DNA of 46,711 nt from an uncultured Rhizobium sp. Lineage in GTDB: Bacteria > Pseudomonadota > Alphaproteobacteria > Rickettsiales > UBA1997. How positions within the stretch are numbered: position 1 is the stretch's first letter; each line of letters starts with the position of its first letter. The position numbers and the translations under genes are program-made. The notes below the pieces were generated by a model, which worked only from the letters and a program-made list of their open reading frames with translations, was not told the origin of the DNA and ran no database searches. Below are positions 36,483 through 46,296 of this stretch, one piece after another. Location of the stretch: NCBI GenBank assembly GCA_964513555.1, contig CAZENB010000003.1, forward strand, positions 1 to 46,711. The letters are read 5' to 3'.

Positions 36483-37277
36483 TTAAAATTTAATTTTGTA
36501 AGGCGGAAAATCCAAACCTTTTGGTGAAAAAGTGAAAATTTCTACTCCATCTTTAGTAACTCCAACCGTATGCTCAAATTGAGCTGATAAAGATTTATCT
36601 CTTGTAGTAACAGTCCAGCCATCATGTTTACTTAAAATTGTTTCATATTTTCCAGCATTTATCATAGGCTCGACAGTAAAAAACATTCCTTCTTGTAAAA
36701 CTGTTCCAGTTCCTTTTTTACCATAGTGAAGAACACTTGGTTCAGTATGAAAAATTTTTCCAATTCCATGACCACAATAATCACGAACTACTGAAAAGCC
36801 ATTTTTTTCGGCGAAAGTCTGAATAGCGTTACCAATATCACCCAAAGTATTTCCAGGTTTTACTTGTTCAATTCCAAGCATCATCGCATCGTAAGTAATT
36901 TGACATAGTCTTTTAGCTTTTATTGAAGGTTCGCCAACATAATACATTCTACTAGAATCACCATACCAGCCGTTTAAAATGACGGTTACATCAATATTTA
37001 CTATATCACCATCTTTTAGCTCTTTTTCGCTCGGTATTCCATGGCAAACAACGTGATTTACAGACGTACAAATAGATTTAGGAAAACCACGATAATTAAG
37101 TGGTGCAGGAATTGCACCACTTGCAATAATTTTTTCGTGGCAAAGCTTATTTAATGTTTCTGTTGTAACACCAATTTTAACAAAATCCGTTATAAAGTCT
37201 AAGATTTCGGCAGCCAAAAGACCGGCAGCACGCATTTTTTTAAATTCTTCTTCACTGTGAATTGTAATTTTGCTCAT
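36483..37277 (-). CDS. map: Type I methionine aminopeptidase
   Basis: 'VCHGIP', 'DIVNIDVT', 'GDSSRMY', 'CGHGIG..FHE.P', 'FTVEPM' and 'SAQFEHT'. Confidence 0.95.
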   Translation of the reverse strand: MSKITIHSEEEFKKMRAAGLLAAEILDFITDFVKIGVTTETLNKLCHEKIIASGAIPAPLNYRGFPKSICTSVNHVVCHGIPSEKELKDGDIVNIDVTVILNGWYGDSSRMYYVGEPSIKAKRLCQITYDAMMLGIEQVKPGNTLGDIGNAIQTFAEKNGFSVVRDYCGHGIGKIFHTEPSVLHYGKKGTGTVLQEGMFFTVEPMINAGKYETILSKHDGWTVTTRDKSLSAQFEHTVGVTKDGVEIFTFSPKGLDFPPYKIKF

Positions 37278-37365
37278 GTTTTTTATTGATTATGCAGATT
37301 TTGTTTTTAGAATGTAATTATCTTTATTTAAAAAACTTCCTTAAAACTAATTAATATAATTCACA

Positions 37366-37713
37366 ATGGCAAGAGTTACAGTTGAAGATTGCGTTACAGT
37401 TGTAAATAATCGTTTTGAGCTTTGCCTAGTTGCAAGCAATCGTGCTAAAAGTATTTTGTCAGGTGCTTCTACTCAACTTGATCGTAAAGAAAAACCAGCT
37501 GTTATTTCACTAAGAGAAATTGCTGATGGCTTAGTTGATATTGAAGGTGTTAAGAAAAATATCATTCGTTCTATTAAAAATCGTGGTGCTGCTGAAACTA
37601 ATCAATCTCATAATAGTTCTGTTGCAGAAATGGTTGAAGAAGAAATTCAATCTCAATCTATGATTCTAAAAGAAACAACCTTTGTTGATGAGAACGTTCA
37701 AGTTGACGATTAA
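37366..37713 (+). CDS. rpoZ: DNA-directed RNA polymerase omega subunit
   Basis: 'MARVTVEDCV....NRFELCLVASNRAK', directly upstream of spoT as in many proteobacteria. Confidence 0.92.
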   Translation: MARVTVEDCVTVVNNRFELCLVASNRAKSILSGASTQLDRKEKPAVISLREIADGLVDIEGVKKNIIRSIKNRGAAETNQSHNSSVAEMVEEEIQSQSMILKETTFVDENVQVDD

Positions 37714-37761
37714 TAATATTTTTTAGAAAAAGCTTCTTTTTGATTTAATATCTCATCCTTT

Positions 37762-37788
37762 TAAGTGGCTGAGAAAATCGGCCACTTA
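37762..37788 (+). terminator. Hairpin downstream of rpoZ (possible partial terminator or processing site)
   Basis: 8-bp stem of 'TAAGTGGC' (37762-37769) and 'GCCACTTA' (37781-37788) with an 11-nt loop. No clean T-run follows. Confidence 0.25.
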
Positions 37789-37878
37789 TCATATTCTTAA
37801 AAGACTCCCAAAATTAAATTGATTAGTAAAATTTTACTTTTAAAAACAAAATAAAATTAAGTAAAATTTTTTAATACT

Positions 37879-40038
37879 ATGATTTCAGTTGCTGAGTTAA
37901 TTACAAAAATCAAATCATATCACCCTAATCTCAACGAGGCCTTAATTCAAAAAGCTTACGTTCTTTCTAAGACTTCGCATGGAAACCAAAAAAGACATTC
38001 TGGAGACCCTTATTTTCTTCATCCTTTAGCTGTTGCTGAAATCTTAATTGATTTAAAACTTGATCAAGAAACTATTATAACAGCACTTTTGCATGATGTT
38101 GTTGAAGATACTGATGTTACCTTAGAAGAAATTGAAAAAACTTTTGGTGAGAATGTTGCAAAGCTTGTTGATGGCGTTACAAAACTTGGAAAAATCGAAT
38201 CAATTTCTGCTAATGAAAGAGTTGCTGAAAATTTTCGCAAACTTACTTTGGCAATGTCAGAAGATATAAGAGTTTTGTTTGTTAAACTTGCTGATAGGTT
38301 GCATAATATGTCAACTTTATCTTATATGCCTTCAAGAGAAAAAAGAGAAAAGAAAGCAAGAGAAAGTCTTGATATTTATGCTCCTTTAGCTGCAAGAATT
38401 GGTTTAAACAAGATCAAAGATGAGTTGCAAGATTATTCTTTCGAAGCAATTGATCCAGAAAGTAGAAACCAAATAGTTCAAAACCTTAATTATCTAAAGG
38501 AAAAAGAAAAAGATATTATAGAAGATATCATTAAAGAGTTAAGTTCAAAACTGCAAACTGAAGGTGTTAATTTCAAAATTTCAGGAAGAGAGAAAAAACC
38601 TTACTCAATTTGGCTAAAGATGAAAAAGCAGAATGTAGCTTTTCATCATTTACATGACATAATTGCTTTTAGAATTGTTGTTGACGATTTAGCCCAATGC
38701 TATCGAGTTCTTGGAATTATAAATTCTAATTACAACATGATTCCAGGAACTTTTAAGGATTACATATCAACTCCAAAAGAAAATGGTTATAAATCTCTGC
38801 ATTTAGCAATTTTGGGTCCAATGAATAAGAAAATTGAAATTCAAATTCGTGATCAAAAAATGCATGAAATTGCTGATCTGGGTGTTGCTGCTCACTGGCA
38901 TTATAAAGAACAAAATAATTCTAAATATAAAAGAAATTTAAGTTCGGAAAATCATCAGTATTTATGGATTAATGAGTTAGTTGCTTTGTTTGAGAATTCA
39001 GAATTTGCTTCTGATGCTTTAAAACAACATAAACTTGAGATGCATAAAAATGAGGTTTTTTGCTTTACTCCAAATGGTGATATTTTTAATTTACCAATTG
39101 GAGCAACTGTTATTGATTTTGCTTATGCAATTCACTCTCAAGTTGGTAACAATTGTGTTTCAGCAAAAGTAAATGGTGTTATAACTCCTCTAAGACAAAA
39201 ATTGGAAAATGGCGATCAAGTTGAGATACTAACTTCTAAAAACTCTAAACCTTCTCCAAATTGGTTACAATTTGTAACAACTTCAAAAGCAAAATATGCT
39301 ATAAAATCATTCATAAAAACAGAGAAGTTTACCGAGTATAGTGCTTTGGGTAAGGCAATTTTAAATAAGTTTTTTGCATCTAAAAATTTAGAAATAACTG
39401 AAAAGATGTTGGAAAAAATACTGCCAAACTTTAGAAGAAAAACAGTTGCTGATCTTTATGTAAAAATAGCTGATGGTAGTTTAGCTAGAGCTGATGTTTT
39501 GAAATTTTTATATCCTGACTTTAAAGAAGACTCAAAACAATTATCACAAATTAAAACTCAAGAAAAGAAGAAAAAATCAAGTCATGCAATTCCAATTGAA
39601 GGACTTGTTTCTGGAATGGCAATACATTATGCTGGTTGCTGTATTCCAATTCCTGGAGATTTAATAGTTGGTGTTATAAATACTGGAACAGGAGTTACAA
39701 TTCATGCACAAAATTGCCATAATTTAAAAAATATTGCTCTAAATCCACAAAGAATTGTTGATGTGTGTTGGAAAAGTGACGATGAAATTGGTGATGATCT
39801 ATATTCAAGTAGAGTTAAAATTATAGTTCATAACCAATCTGGAAGTTTGGCAGATGTAAGTAGTATTATTGCAAGTAAGAAAATTAATATTACTGGAATA
39901 AAAACAACTAATCGTAGTACTGATCACATTGAATTTATAATTGATATTGAAGTTAAAAATTTAGAAAATTTAGAGGAAATAATTTCATCTTTACGAATAT
40001 CAAAAAAAATACTAGAAGTGCAAAGAGTGGTTTTATAA
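37879..40038 (+). CDS. spoT: Bifunctional (p)ppGpp synthetase/hydrolase, RelA/SpoT homologue
   Basis: HD domain 'HRSGDPYFLHPLAVA..LLHDVVEDT', synthetase 'KKPYSIW.KM' and 'DIIAFRIVV', a TGS domain ('VFCFTPNGDIFNLP.GATVIDFAYAIH') and a C-terminal ACT-like region. Confidence 0.93.
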   Translation: MISVAELITKIKSYHPNLNEALIQKAYVLSKTSHGNQKRHSGDPYFLHPLAVAEILIDLKLDQETIITALLHDVVEDTDVTLEEIEKTFGENVAKLVDGVTKLGKIESISANERVAENFRKLTLAMSEDIRVLFVKLADRLHNMSTLSYMPSREKREKKARESLDIYAPLAARIGLNKIKDELQDYSFEAIDPESRNQIVQNLNYLKEKEKDIIEDIIKELSSKLQTEGVNFKISGREKKPYSIWLKMKKQNVAFHHLHDIIAFRIVVDDLAQCYRVLGIINSNYNMIPGTFKDYISTPKENGYKSLHLAILGPMNKKIEIQIRDQKMHEIADLGVAAHWHYKEQNNSKYKRNLSSENHQYLWINELVALFENSEFASDALKQHKLEMHKNEVFCFTPNGDIFNLPIGATVIDFAYAIHSQVGNNCVSAKVNGVITPLRQKLENGDQVEILTSKNSKPSPNWLQFVTTSKAKYAIKSFIKTEKFTEYSALGKAILNKFFASKNLEITEKMLEKILPNFRRKTVADLYVKIADGSLARADVLKFLYPDFKEDSKQLSQIKTQEKKKKSSHAIPIEGLVSGMAIHYAGCCIPIPGDLIVGVINTGTGVTIHAQNCHNLKNIALNPQRIVDVCWKSDDEIGDDLYSSRVKIIVHNQSGSLADVSSIIASKKINITGIKTTNRSTDHIEFIIDIEVKNLENLEEIISSLRISKKILEVQRVVL

Positions 40039-40068
40039 TCTGATTTATTATTAATTAATATTAAAAAT

Positions 40069-40308
40069 ATGGAAAAAACTAATTTTTTTAATCGCCATTT
40101 AAAAGAAACAGGTGAAAACTATTTTGAACATTTTTTATTCGCTTTTGTAAATGGAATGTGGTTGTTCGTAGTAAGCTTAGTTTTGGTTTGCCATGCTTTT
40201 TTTCCGTTTTTATTTCATACTACAGCAAGTGAGAATGTGCAAAAAGTAAATGAGGTTATGCAAAAAAGAGCGCAAAAGCTCAAAGATAATATAAAGTCTG
40301 GTTTATAG
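40069..40308 (+). CDS. Small hypothetical membrane protein
   Basis: 79 aa with one or two hydrophobic helices ('FLFAFVNGMWLFVVSLVLVCHAFFPFLF'). It lies 30 nt after spoT and 3 nt before the next gene. Function unknown. Confidence 0.5.
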   Translation: MEKTNFFNRHLKETGENYFEHFLFAFVNGMWLFVVSLVLVCHAFFPFLFHTTASENVQKVNEVMQKRAQKLKDNIKSGL

Positions 40309-40311
40309 ATA

Positions 40312-41628
40312 ATGAAGAAAATAGCAATTATAGGATTTGGTTTTTGTGGTAGAATTGCTTTTGCTAACTTGGTTAAAAGTTATAAAAGTAGTTATGAAGT
40401 TATAATTTTTGATGAAGTTGAAAAAAGTTTTTTTAAAGACGGTTTTTACAGCGCTGCTTTTTCAGAATTTTCTTCTGATTATATACTTAATGTTACAACT
40501 AAAAAAATGACTGCCTTCATTGAAGAAGAAGAACATTTTTGTAAATTTTTGCAACAAAATTACCCACAAGTTTGGCAAGAAGTTGGTGAACTTGGTTTTG
40601 CTCCAAGAAAAATATATGGTCATTATATTCGTAAAATTTCTGATGATTCTTTTTTATCTGCAAAAGAGAAAGAAATGAAATTTTCTTTGGTAAATAAAAC
40701 GGTAGTTTCTATAGAAAATGATAATTCTAAAAAATCTTTCTTTATAAAAGATTTAGAAGGCAGATATTATGAAGCTGACGAAATAATTCTTGCGACAAGC
40801 TTCAAGCAAACCTCTCTTCCTTTTGCAATTGATGGAAATAATGTGGTGCAATATATTTGGAATCAAAATTATATAGATTTTCATAAAAATAAATTTTCTA
40901 ACCAAAAGATTGTTTTATTAGGATCTGGTTTAACTGCAGTTGATGTTATTGTTGGTTTGAAGAAAAAAGGATTTGATGGAAAAATTATAGTGATTTCAAG
41001 AAGAGGAAACTTTCCAAAAGCTCATTTTTCTTTTTTAGAAGAATTGCCAAATTTTATTTCTAAAGAAGATTCAAAAAATGGACTTTTATTTTTATGTCTA
41101 AAAATTCGTAAATTTTTGCGTCAAAATCCAAATTTTGATTTACGTTACGTTATTCACTCAATAAAACCAATTACAGTTGAATTATGGCATAATTTTGATG
41201 AGAGAAATAAAAAATTATTTCTGCGTTTAATGCCTTATTGGACAATATTTCGTCATCGTGCTCCACAATTTTCAATAAAAATTGTTAATCAAATGATTGC
41301 TGAAGGAAGTCTCGAAGTTTTAAGTGGTGGGCTAATTTCTGCCGAGAAAAAAGCTGAAAAAATTTTACTAAAAACAAAAAAAGAAGTTTTAGAAGTTGAT
41401 TATTTGGTAAATTGTCTAGGTTTTGAGTTTAAAGCACAAAAATATCCACTTCTAAAACAAATGTTAGAGCATAAATTATTGAAAAATGATTTGCTGATGG
41501 TGCAGTCAAATCACGAAAAAATTCATCTTTTGGGTGGTTTGAATGTCGGTAAAGATTTTGAATGCACTTCAGTTCCAGATATGTTGCCAGGTATTTTAGA
41601 AGTGGTTAAAAAATGTTCTTCTTGTTAA
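40312..41628 (+). CDS. FAD/NAD(P)-binding protein, YdhS-like (COG4529-type)
   Basis: Two Rossmann motifs, 'IAIIGFGFCGRIAF' and 'IVLLGSGLTAVDVIVGL', plus 'YWTIFRHRAP'. 438 aa. Confidence 0.6.
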   Translation: MKKIAIIGFGFCGRIAFANLVKSYKSSYEVIIFDEVEKSFFKDGFYSAAFSEFSSDYILNVTTKKMTAFIEEEEHFCKFLQQNYPQVWQEVGELGFAPRKIYGHYIRKISDDSFLSAKEKEMKFSLVNKTVVSIENDNSKKSFFIKDLEGRYYEADEIILATSFKQTSLPFAIDGNNVVQYIWNQNYIDFHKNKFSNQKIVLLGSGLTAVDVIVGLKKKGFDGKIIVISRRGNFPKAHFSFLEELPNFISKEDSKNGLLFLCLKIRKFLRQNPNFDLRYVIHSIKPITVELWHNFDERNKKLFLRLMPYWTIFRHRAPQFSIKIVNQMIAEGSLEVLSGGLISAEKKAEKILLKTKKEVLEVDYLVNCLGFEFKAQKYPLLKQMLEHKLLKNDLLMVQSNHEKIHLLGGLNVGKDFECTSVPDMLPGILEVVKKCSSC

Positions 41629-41652
41629 TTTTTTTATGAAAATTATATAACA

Positions 41653-41766
41653 ATTAGATCGCTAAACTTCGTAAGTATAGTCTTTTAGAATTGTACGGAA
41701 TAGAATTTATCATTGCGAAATTTAATTTGTTCATCACGACTTTTTAGCGTCGTTGCGAGGAGCATA
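41653..41766. repeat. Repeat element of the same family between convergent genes
   Basis: The head 'gatcgctaaacttcgtaagt' (41657-41676) matches 'gatcgctacacttcgcaagt' (46484-46503). It is followed by cores 'ttatcattgcgaaat' and 'tcatcacgactttttagcgtcgttgcgaggagcat', with an ACGAC/GTCGT stem. Confidence 0.75.
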
Positions 41767-41780
41767 AACAAAGTCGTAAT

Positions 41781-43112
41781 CTATTCTTCAAAAGGGCATC
41801 CAAAATTCGTAAAAATTTTTTCAAAAGTTGGAAAGCTAGTGTGAATCATCTCAGAATCATCAATTTCTACGCCATTTTCCAAAGTTAAGCCCATTACTAA
41901 AAATGACATTGCAATTCTGTGATCCATTGCAGTTATAATATTAACTAATTTTTGTGGTTGATTTTTTATTCCACCCACAACTTCTAAAAAATCTTCTCCC
42001 ATTTTAAAATCAACACCACACTTTTCTAAATTCTGAGCAATCATTAATAAGCGATTGCTTTCTTTTACTTTTAATTCGGCAAGACCATTCATTTTAGTAA
42101 TGCCTTTTGCATTTGCTGCTGCAATTGACAAAATTGGGTATTCATCAATCATTATTGGAGCTCTTTCTGCAGGAACATCAACTCCTTTTAATTCGCTTGA
42201 TTCAACAATAATATCTGCAACAAGTTCTCCACCAACCAAACGTTTATTGGTAACTTCAATTTTACCATTCATTTCAATTAAAGTTTTTAAAATTCCATCT
42301 CGAAGTGGATTTATTCCAACATTATTTATTTTTATTTTTGAATTTTTTACTAAAAGTGCAGCAACAATTAAGAAAGCCGCAGAAGAAATATCTGCAGGAA
42401 TTTCAAAGTTTTTGGCATCAAATTCTTGCAATCCAGAATAAGAAATTTTACTTCCATGTCCGTCTTTTAATTCTTCAACATCAACTTCAAGTCCAAGGTA
42501 GCGCATCATAATTTCGCTATGATCTCGACATTTTTCTGGTTCAATAATGGTTGTAGTTCCTCTAATTATAAGAGAGGCAAGCAAAATACAGCTTTTTACT
42601 TGAGCTGAAGCAACTTTCATTTGATAAGAAATCGGCATTGGATTTTTTGCACCAATAACAGCAAAAGGCATTAAATTGCTTTGCCTTGCCACAATTTTTG
42701 CTCCAATTTCTGTAATTGGTTCAAAAACTCTTCCCATTGGACGTTTGCGTAAAGATGAATCGCCAGTAAAAAATGTTGTAAAATTATAAGGACAAACAAG
42801 TCCAGCCATTAATCTTGAAGAAGTTCCAGAGTTTCCCATATCCAAAATATCTGAAGGTTCTGAAAGTCCAGCTACTCCAACTCCATTAACGTTCCAAATT
42901 CCATTTTCTTCTTTGTTTATTTCAACTCCCATCAAACGTAAAGCAGCTGCAGTTTTTAGTACATCTTCTCCTTCTAATAAACCGGATATCTTACTTTTTC
43001 CATGTGCTAAAGCAGAAAAAATTAAAGAACGATGCGAAATTGATTTATCACCAGCAACTGTAATTTCACCTTTTAAAGGTATGTCTTTTTTATAAGATTT
43101 TAGTGGGCGCAT
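41781..43112 (-). CDS. aroA: 3-phosphoshikimate 1-carboxyvinyltransferase (EPSP synthase), class-II-like
   Basis: 'GDKSISHRSLIFSALAHG', 'LLEGEDV', 'MGNSGTSSRLMAG', 'LRKRPMGRV', 'VKESNRL' and 'DHRIAMSF'. Confidence 0.93.
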   Translation of the reverse strand: MRPLKSYKKDIPLKGEITVAGDKSISHRSLIFSALAHGKSKISGLLEGEDVLKTAAALRLMGVEINKEENGIWNVNGVGVAGLSEPSDILDMGNSGTSSRLMAGLVCPYNFTTFFTGDSSLRKRPMGRVFEPITEIGAKIVARQSNLMPFAVIGAKNPMPISYQMKVASAQVKSCILLASLIIRGTTTIIEPEKCRDHSEIMMRYLGLEVDVEELKDGHGSKISYSGLQEFDAKNFEIPADISSAAFLIVAALLVKNSKIKINNVGINPLRDGILKTLIEMNGKIEVTNKRLVGGELVADIIVESSELKGVDVPAERAPIMIDEYPILSIAAANAKGITKMNGLAELKVKESNRLLMIAQNLEKCGVDFKMGEDFLEVVGGIKNQPQKLVNIITAMDHRIAMSFLVMGLTLENGVEIDDSEMIHTSFPTFEKIFTNFGCPFEE

Positions 43113-43238
43113 TTTGGTTTTTGATTTCTTTTTTTATGTTTGCTTGCAAATATGGGTCTGAATTTTCTAATTCTAAGCACAGAAGTGAAGCAGGGTTTGA
43201 ATCTCTTAGTTAATTTACATTCGTATTAAATATGCAAT

Positions 43239-44708
43239 TTACAGAAAATCTACGCAATTGCTAATTAATCCAAGAATTTTGTCTAAGAATACAACAAAAA
43301 CTAGGTTCAAAATTGATATGGAAAACACAACTAGTTTAACATTATTTATGTCTTCTAAAACAATTGGTGAATTTTTAGCTTCGTCAAAATACATAACTTT
43401 GATTATTCTTAAATAATAATAAGAGCTAACAACACTGAATAGAATAGCAAAAATTGGCACAATAAACATTCCAGAGCGAATTGTTGCCATAATTACATAA
43501 AACTTTGAGAAAAATCCAGCAAAAGGAGGAATTCCAGCTGTTGAAAACATCAAACAAGCAAGAGAAAAAGCCATTACAGGATTTGTTTTTGCAAGTCCAG
43601 ATAAAGATGAAATGTCAAAAATTTTCTCATTTGAGTCATCGTAATTTTTAGCATTTTCATTAGAACTAGTAATTAAATTTAAGAATCCAAATGTTCCAAG
43701 TGAAATTAATGCATAGATTACCATGTAAAGAACAGCTGCTTTGCTTGCTTCTTTATTAAATGCGCCAATTGCAAGAACTATAAATCCTACATGTCCAATT
43801 GAGCTGTAAGCTAAAAGTCTTTTTAGATTTTTTTGCCATATTGCACCAAAACTTCCAACTGCCAAAGAAATTAGAGAAACAAAAATGAAGATTTTGTCCA
43901 AACCAACAAAAGAAGTTATTACAGAAGAAGTGAGCTTTAATAAAACCATTACAGCACTGAATTTGGCAATTGTTGCAAAGAATGTTGTAACAATTGTTGC
44001 GGAACCTTCGTAAACGTCAGGTGACCACATATGGAAAGGTGCTGCAGAAATTTTGAAAAACATTCCAGAAATTACTAAAACAAATCCAAAAACAACTGCT
44101 AAAGGTATAGTGTCTTTTCCTTGAGAATAAAGATCAGAAAGAGCTGTAAAATTTGTTGTTCCAGAAAATCCATAAATCATTGAAATTCCGAATAATATAA
44201 TTCCAGAAGCACAAGAACCTAAAACGAAGTATTTTAGACCAGCTTCAGATGATTTTGCTGATGTTTTATTAAGAGCAGCTAAAAGATAAAGCGATAAACC
44301 TTGAAGTTCTAATGATAAGTAAAAAGTAAGAAAATCATTCGATGAAATCAAAAACATTGCGCCGCAAGAGGCAATCATTAAAAGCGCTAAAAACTCAGCA
44401 CTGATTTTTTGAATTGAGAATATAAAGTTTAAAGAAAACAAGACTACAATTGTTAAAAGTAAAGCAATAATTGATTTAACAAAAGCTGTAAAGAAGTTGC
44501 TCTCAAACATTGAGTTAAAGGCTATAACTTGTGGCTCAGAAAATGTTTTAAAAATTAAACATAATGAGATTGCACAAAAAATAAGTGATAAAAGGTGAGA
44601 AATATAGAAAAATTCTTTGAACTTTTTACCGAAGAATACATCATTAATCAGAATTATTAAGGCACCTAAAAACAATGAAATTTCAGGTAAAATAAGTGTT
44701 AGATTCAT
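43239..44708 (-). CDS. nuoN: NADH-quinone oxidoreductase subunit N
   Basis: 489 aa polytopic antiporter-like subunit. 'LELQGLSLYLL', 'EAGLKYFVLG' and 'PFHMWSPDVYEGS'. It follows nuoM. Confidence 0.9.
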   Translation of the reverse strand: MNLTLILPEISLFLGALIILINDVFFGKKFKEFFYISHLLSLIFCAISLCLIFKTFSEPQVIAFNSMFESNFFTAFVKSIIALLLTIVVLFSLNFIFSIQKISAEFLALLMIASCGAMFLISSNDFLTFYLSLELQGLSLYLLAALNKTSAKSSEAGLKYFVLGSCASGIILFGISMIYGFSGTTNFTALSDLYSQGKDTIPLAVVFGFVLVISGMFFKISAAPFHMWSPDVYEGSATIVTTFFATIAKFSAVMVLLKLTSSVITSFVGLDKIFIFVSLISLAVGSFGAIWQKNLKRLLAYSSIGHVGFIVLAIGAFNKEASKAAVLYMVIYALISLGTFGFLNLITSSNENAKNYDDSNEKIFDISSLSGLAKTNPVMAFSLACLMFSTAGIPPFAGFFSKFYVIMATIRSGMFIVPIFAILFSVVSSYYYLRIIKVMYFDEAKNSPIVLEDINNVKLVVFSISILNLVFVVFLDKILGLISNCVDFL

Positions 44709-44766
44709 AGTTTTTTAATTCTTTTTTTAATTATTATTTATGACGATTATATTATAACAAAAACTT

Positions 44767-44792
44767 TTATCCTGATCGTCAGCGAAGGATAA
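44767..44792 (-). promoter_or_regulatory. Hairpin in the nuoM-nuoN spacer
   Basis: 7-bp stem of 'TTATCCT' (44767-44773) and 'AGGATAA' (44786-44792) with a 12-nt loop. On the coding (minus) strand it is followed by 'AAGTTTTTGTTATAAT'. An alternative pairing exists between TGACGAT (44741-44747) and ATCGTCA (44775-44781). Confidence 0.3.
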
Positions 44793-44820
44793 TAAGTTTT
44801 TGACCATTAAATATAAAAAT

Positions 44821-46296
44821 TTACAACGACATAAATAAACCAGTAACGTAAGCTACAGGAAATTTAAAGTAACTTAATATTAGATTTGGCATTATACCAA
44901 ATAAAATAACTGTTGCTGCCATAAAACCAAAGCAAAATAATTCAAGACAATTTAGGTCTTTTAATTCTTCAATTTTGTGATTAGAAATTTCGCTAAACCA
45001 TACTCTTTTATATAACCAAAGCATGTAACAAGCTCCTAAAATAACGCCAAATGCTGCTAAAACAGCCATAATTTTGTTTGCTTTAAAAGTTCCTAAAATT
45101 GCTAAAAATTCACCAACAAATCCACTTGTTCCAGGAAGTCCGACTGATGCCATAGTGAAAATCATCGCCATCAGAGCGAAGTTTGGCATTTTGCTTGCAA
45201 TTCCACCCAAGTCATTAATTTGTTTGGTATGAAGACGATCGTAAATTACACCAACGCACATGAAAAGTGCTGCAGAAACAATACCGTGGCTTATCATTTG
45301 CATTAAAGCTCCGTCAATTCCTTGTGTAGTAAAGCTGAAAATACCCATAGTTACAAAACCCATATGTGCAACTGAGGAGTACGCAATCATTTTTTTCATA
45401 TCTTCCTGCATTAACGCAACTAAGGAAGCATAAATTATGGCAATTACACTTAAAGTCAGAACCATTGGTGCAAAAAACTCGGAGGCTGCAGGAAAAAATG
45501 GTAAAGAGAAGCGCAAGAAACCATAAGCACCAAGTTTGATTAAAATACCAGCAAGAATTACTGAACCTGCAGTTGGAGCTTGAACGTGAGCATCAGGAAG
45601 CCAAGTATGGAATGGAAACATTGGAACTTTTATTGCAAAAGATATGAAAAACGCTGCCCAAAACCACTGTTGATAGTTAAGAGGGAAAAATTTTGGTAAG
45701 TATTTTGTTAGTAATACTATGTCTGTTGTTCCTGTGTAAAGGTATAAGTAGATAATTCCGATCAAGAACAACACTGAACCAAACAATGTGTAAATGAAAA
45801 ATTTATAAGATGCATATATTCTATTCACTCCGCCCCAAATACCAATTACTAAAAACATTGGAATTAGCATAGCTTCAAAAAATATGTAAAATAGAAGTAA
45901 ATCAGTTGCAGCAAAAGAGCCAATAACAAAACCTTCAATCAATAAAAAGGCTGCAACATATTCTTTTACCCTTTTTTCAATTGATTTCATGCTTACAGCA
46001 AAACAAATAGGCAGTAAAAAAGTTGTTAGAACAATCATTAAAAGAGAAATTCCGTCAATTCCCAAAGCATATTTAATATCTTGATGTGCAAAAATTCTTA
46101 TAACTTCTGTAAATTGAAATCCAATTTTGCTTTTGTCAAAATCATAAAGAAGTTTGCAACTTAATGATAAGTTTACAAAGCTTATTAAAAAACCATATAC
46201 ATAGTAGTTGCGCTGTTCTTTTATTTTAAAGAAAAACAGGAAGAAAGCCGATAAAATTGGCAAAAAAGTAAGAACGGAAAGAATTGGAAAGTTCAT
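44821..46296 (-). CDS. nuoM: NADH-quinone oxidoreductase subunit M
   Basis: 491 aa. 'GIDGISL', 'FFISFAIKVPMFPFHTWLPDAHVQAPTAGSVILAGILIKLG.YG' and 'AYSSVAHMGF'. Confidence 0.93.
   Translation of the reverse strand: MNFPILSVLTFLPILSAFFLFFFKIKEQRNYYVYGFLISFVNLSLSCKLLYDFDKSKIGFQFTEVIRIFAHQDIKYALGIDGISLLMIVLTTFLLPICFAVSMKSIEKRVKEYVAAFLLIEGFVIGSFAATDLLLFYIFFEAMLIPMFLVIGIWGGVNRIYASYKFFIYTLFGSVLFLIGIIYLYLYTGTTDIVLLTKYLPKFFPLNYQQWFWAAFFISFAIKVPMFPFHTWLPDAHVQAPTAGSVILAGILIKLGAYGFLRFSLPFFPAASEFFAPMVLTLSVIAIIYASLVALMQEDMKKMIAYSSVAHMGFVTMGIFSFTTQGIDGALMQMISHGIVSAALFMCVGVIYDRLHTKQINDLGGIASKMPNFALMAMIFTMASVGLPGTSGFVGEFLAILGTFKANKIMAVLAAFGVILGACYMLWLYKRVWFSEISNHKIEELKDLNCLELFCFGFMAATVILFGIMPNLILSYFKFPVAYVTGLFMSL

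Noticed and set aside
705-42511. Numerous 60-128 aa ORFs antisense to or nested within large genes (e.g. 705-887, 1797-1985, 3484-3858, 6458-6697, 10623-10907, 16921-17226, 18443-18679, 19652-19912, 22090-22311, 26894-27130, 34202-34441, 42055-42441)
   Set aside because: All lie fully inside well-supported conserved genes on the other strand or in another frame. Their composition is low-complexity or mirror-image and they have no recognisable motifs. Such ORFs are expected by chance opposite long genes.
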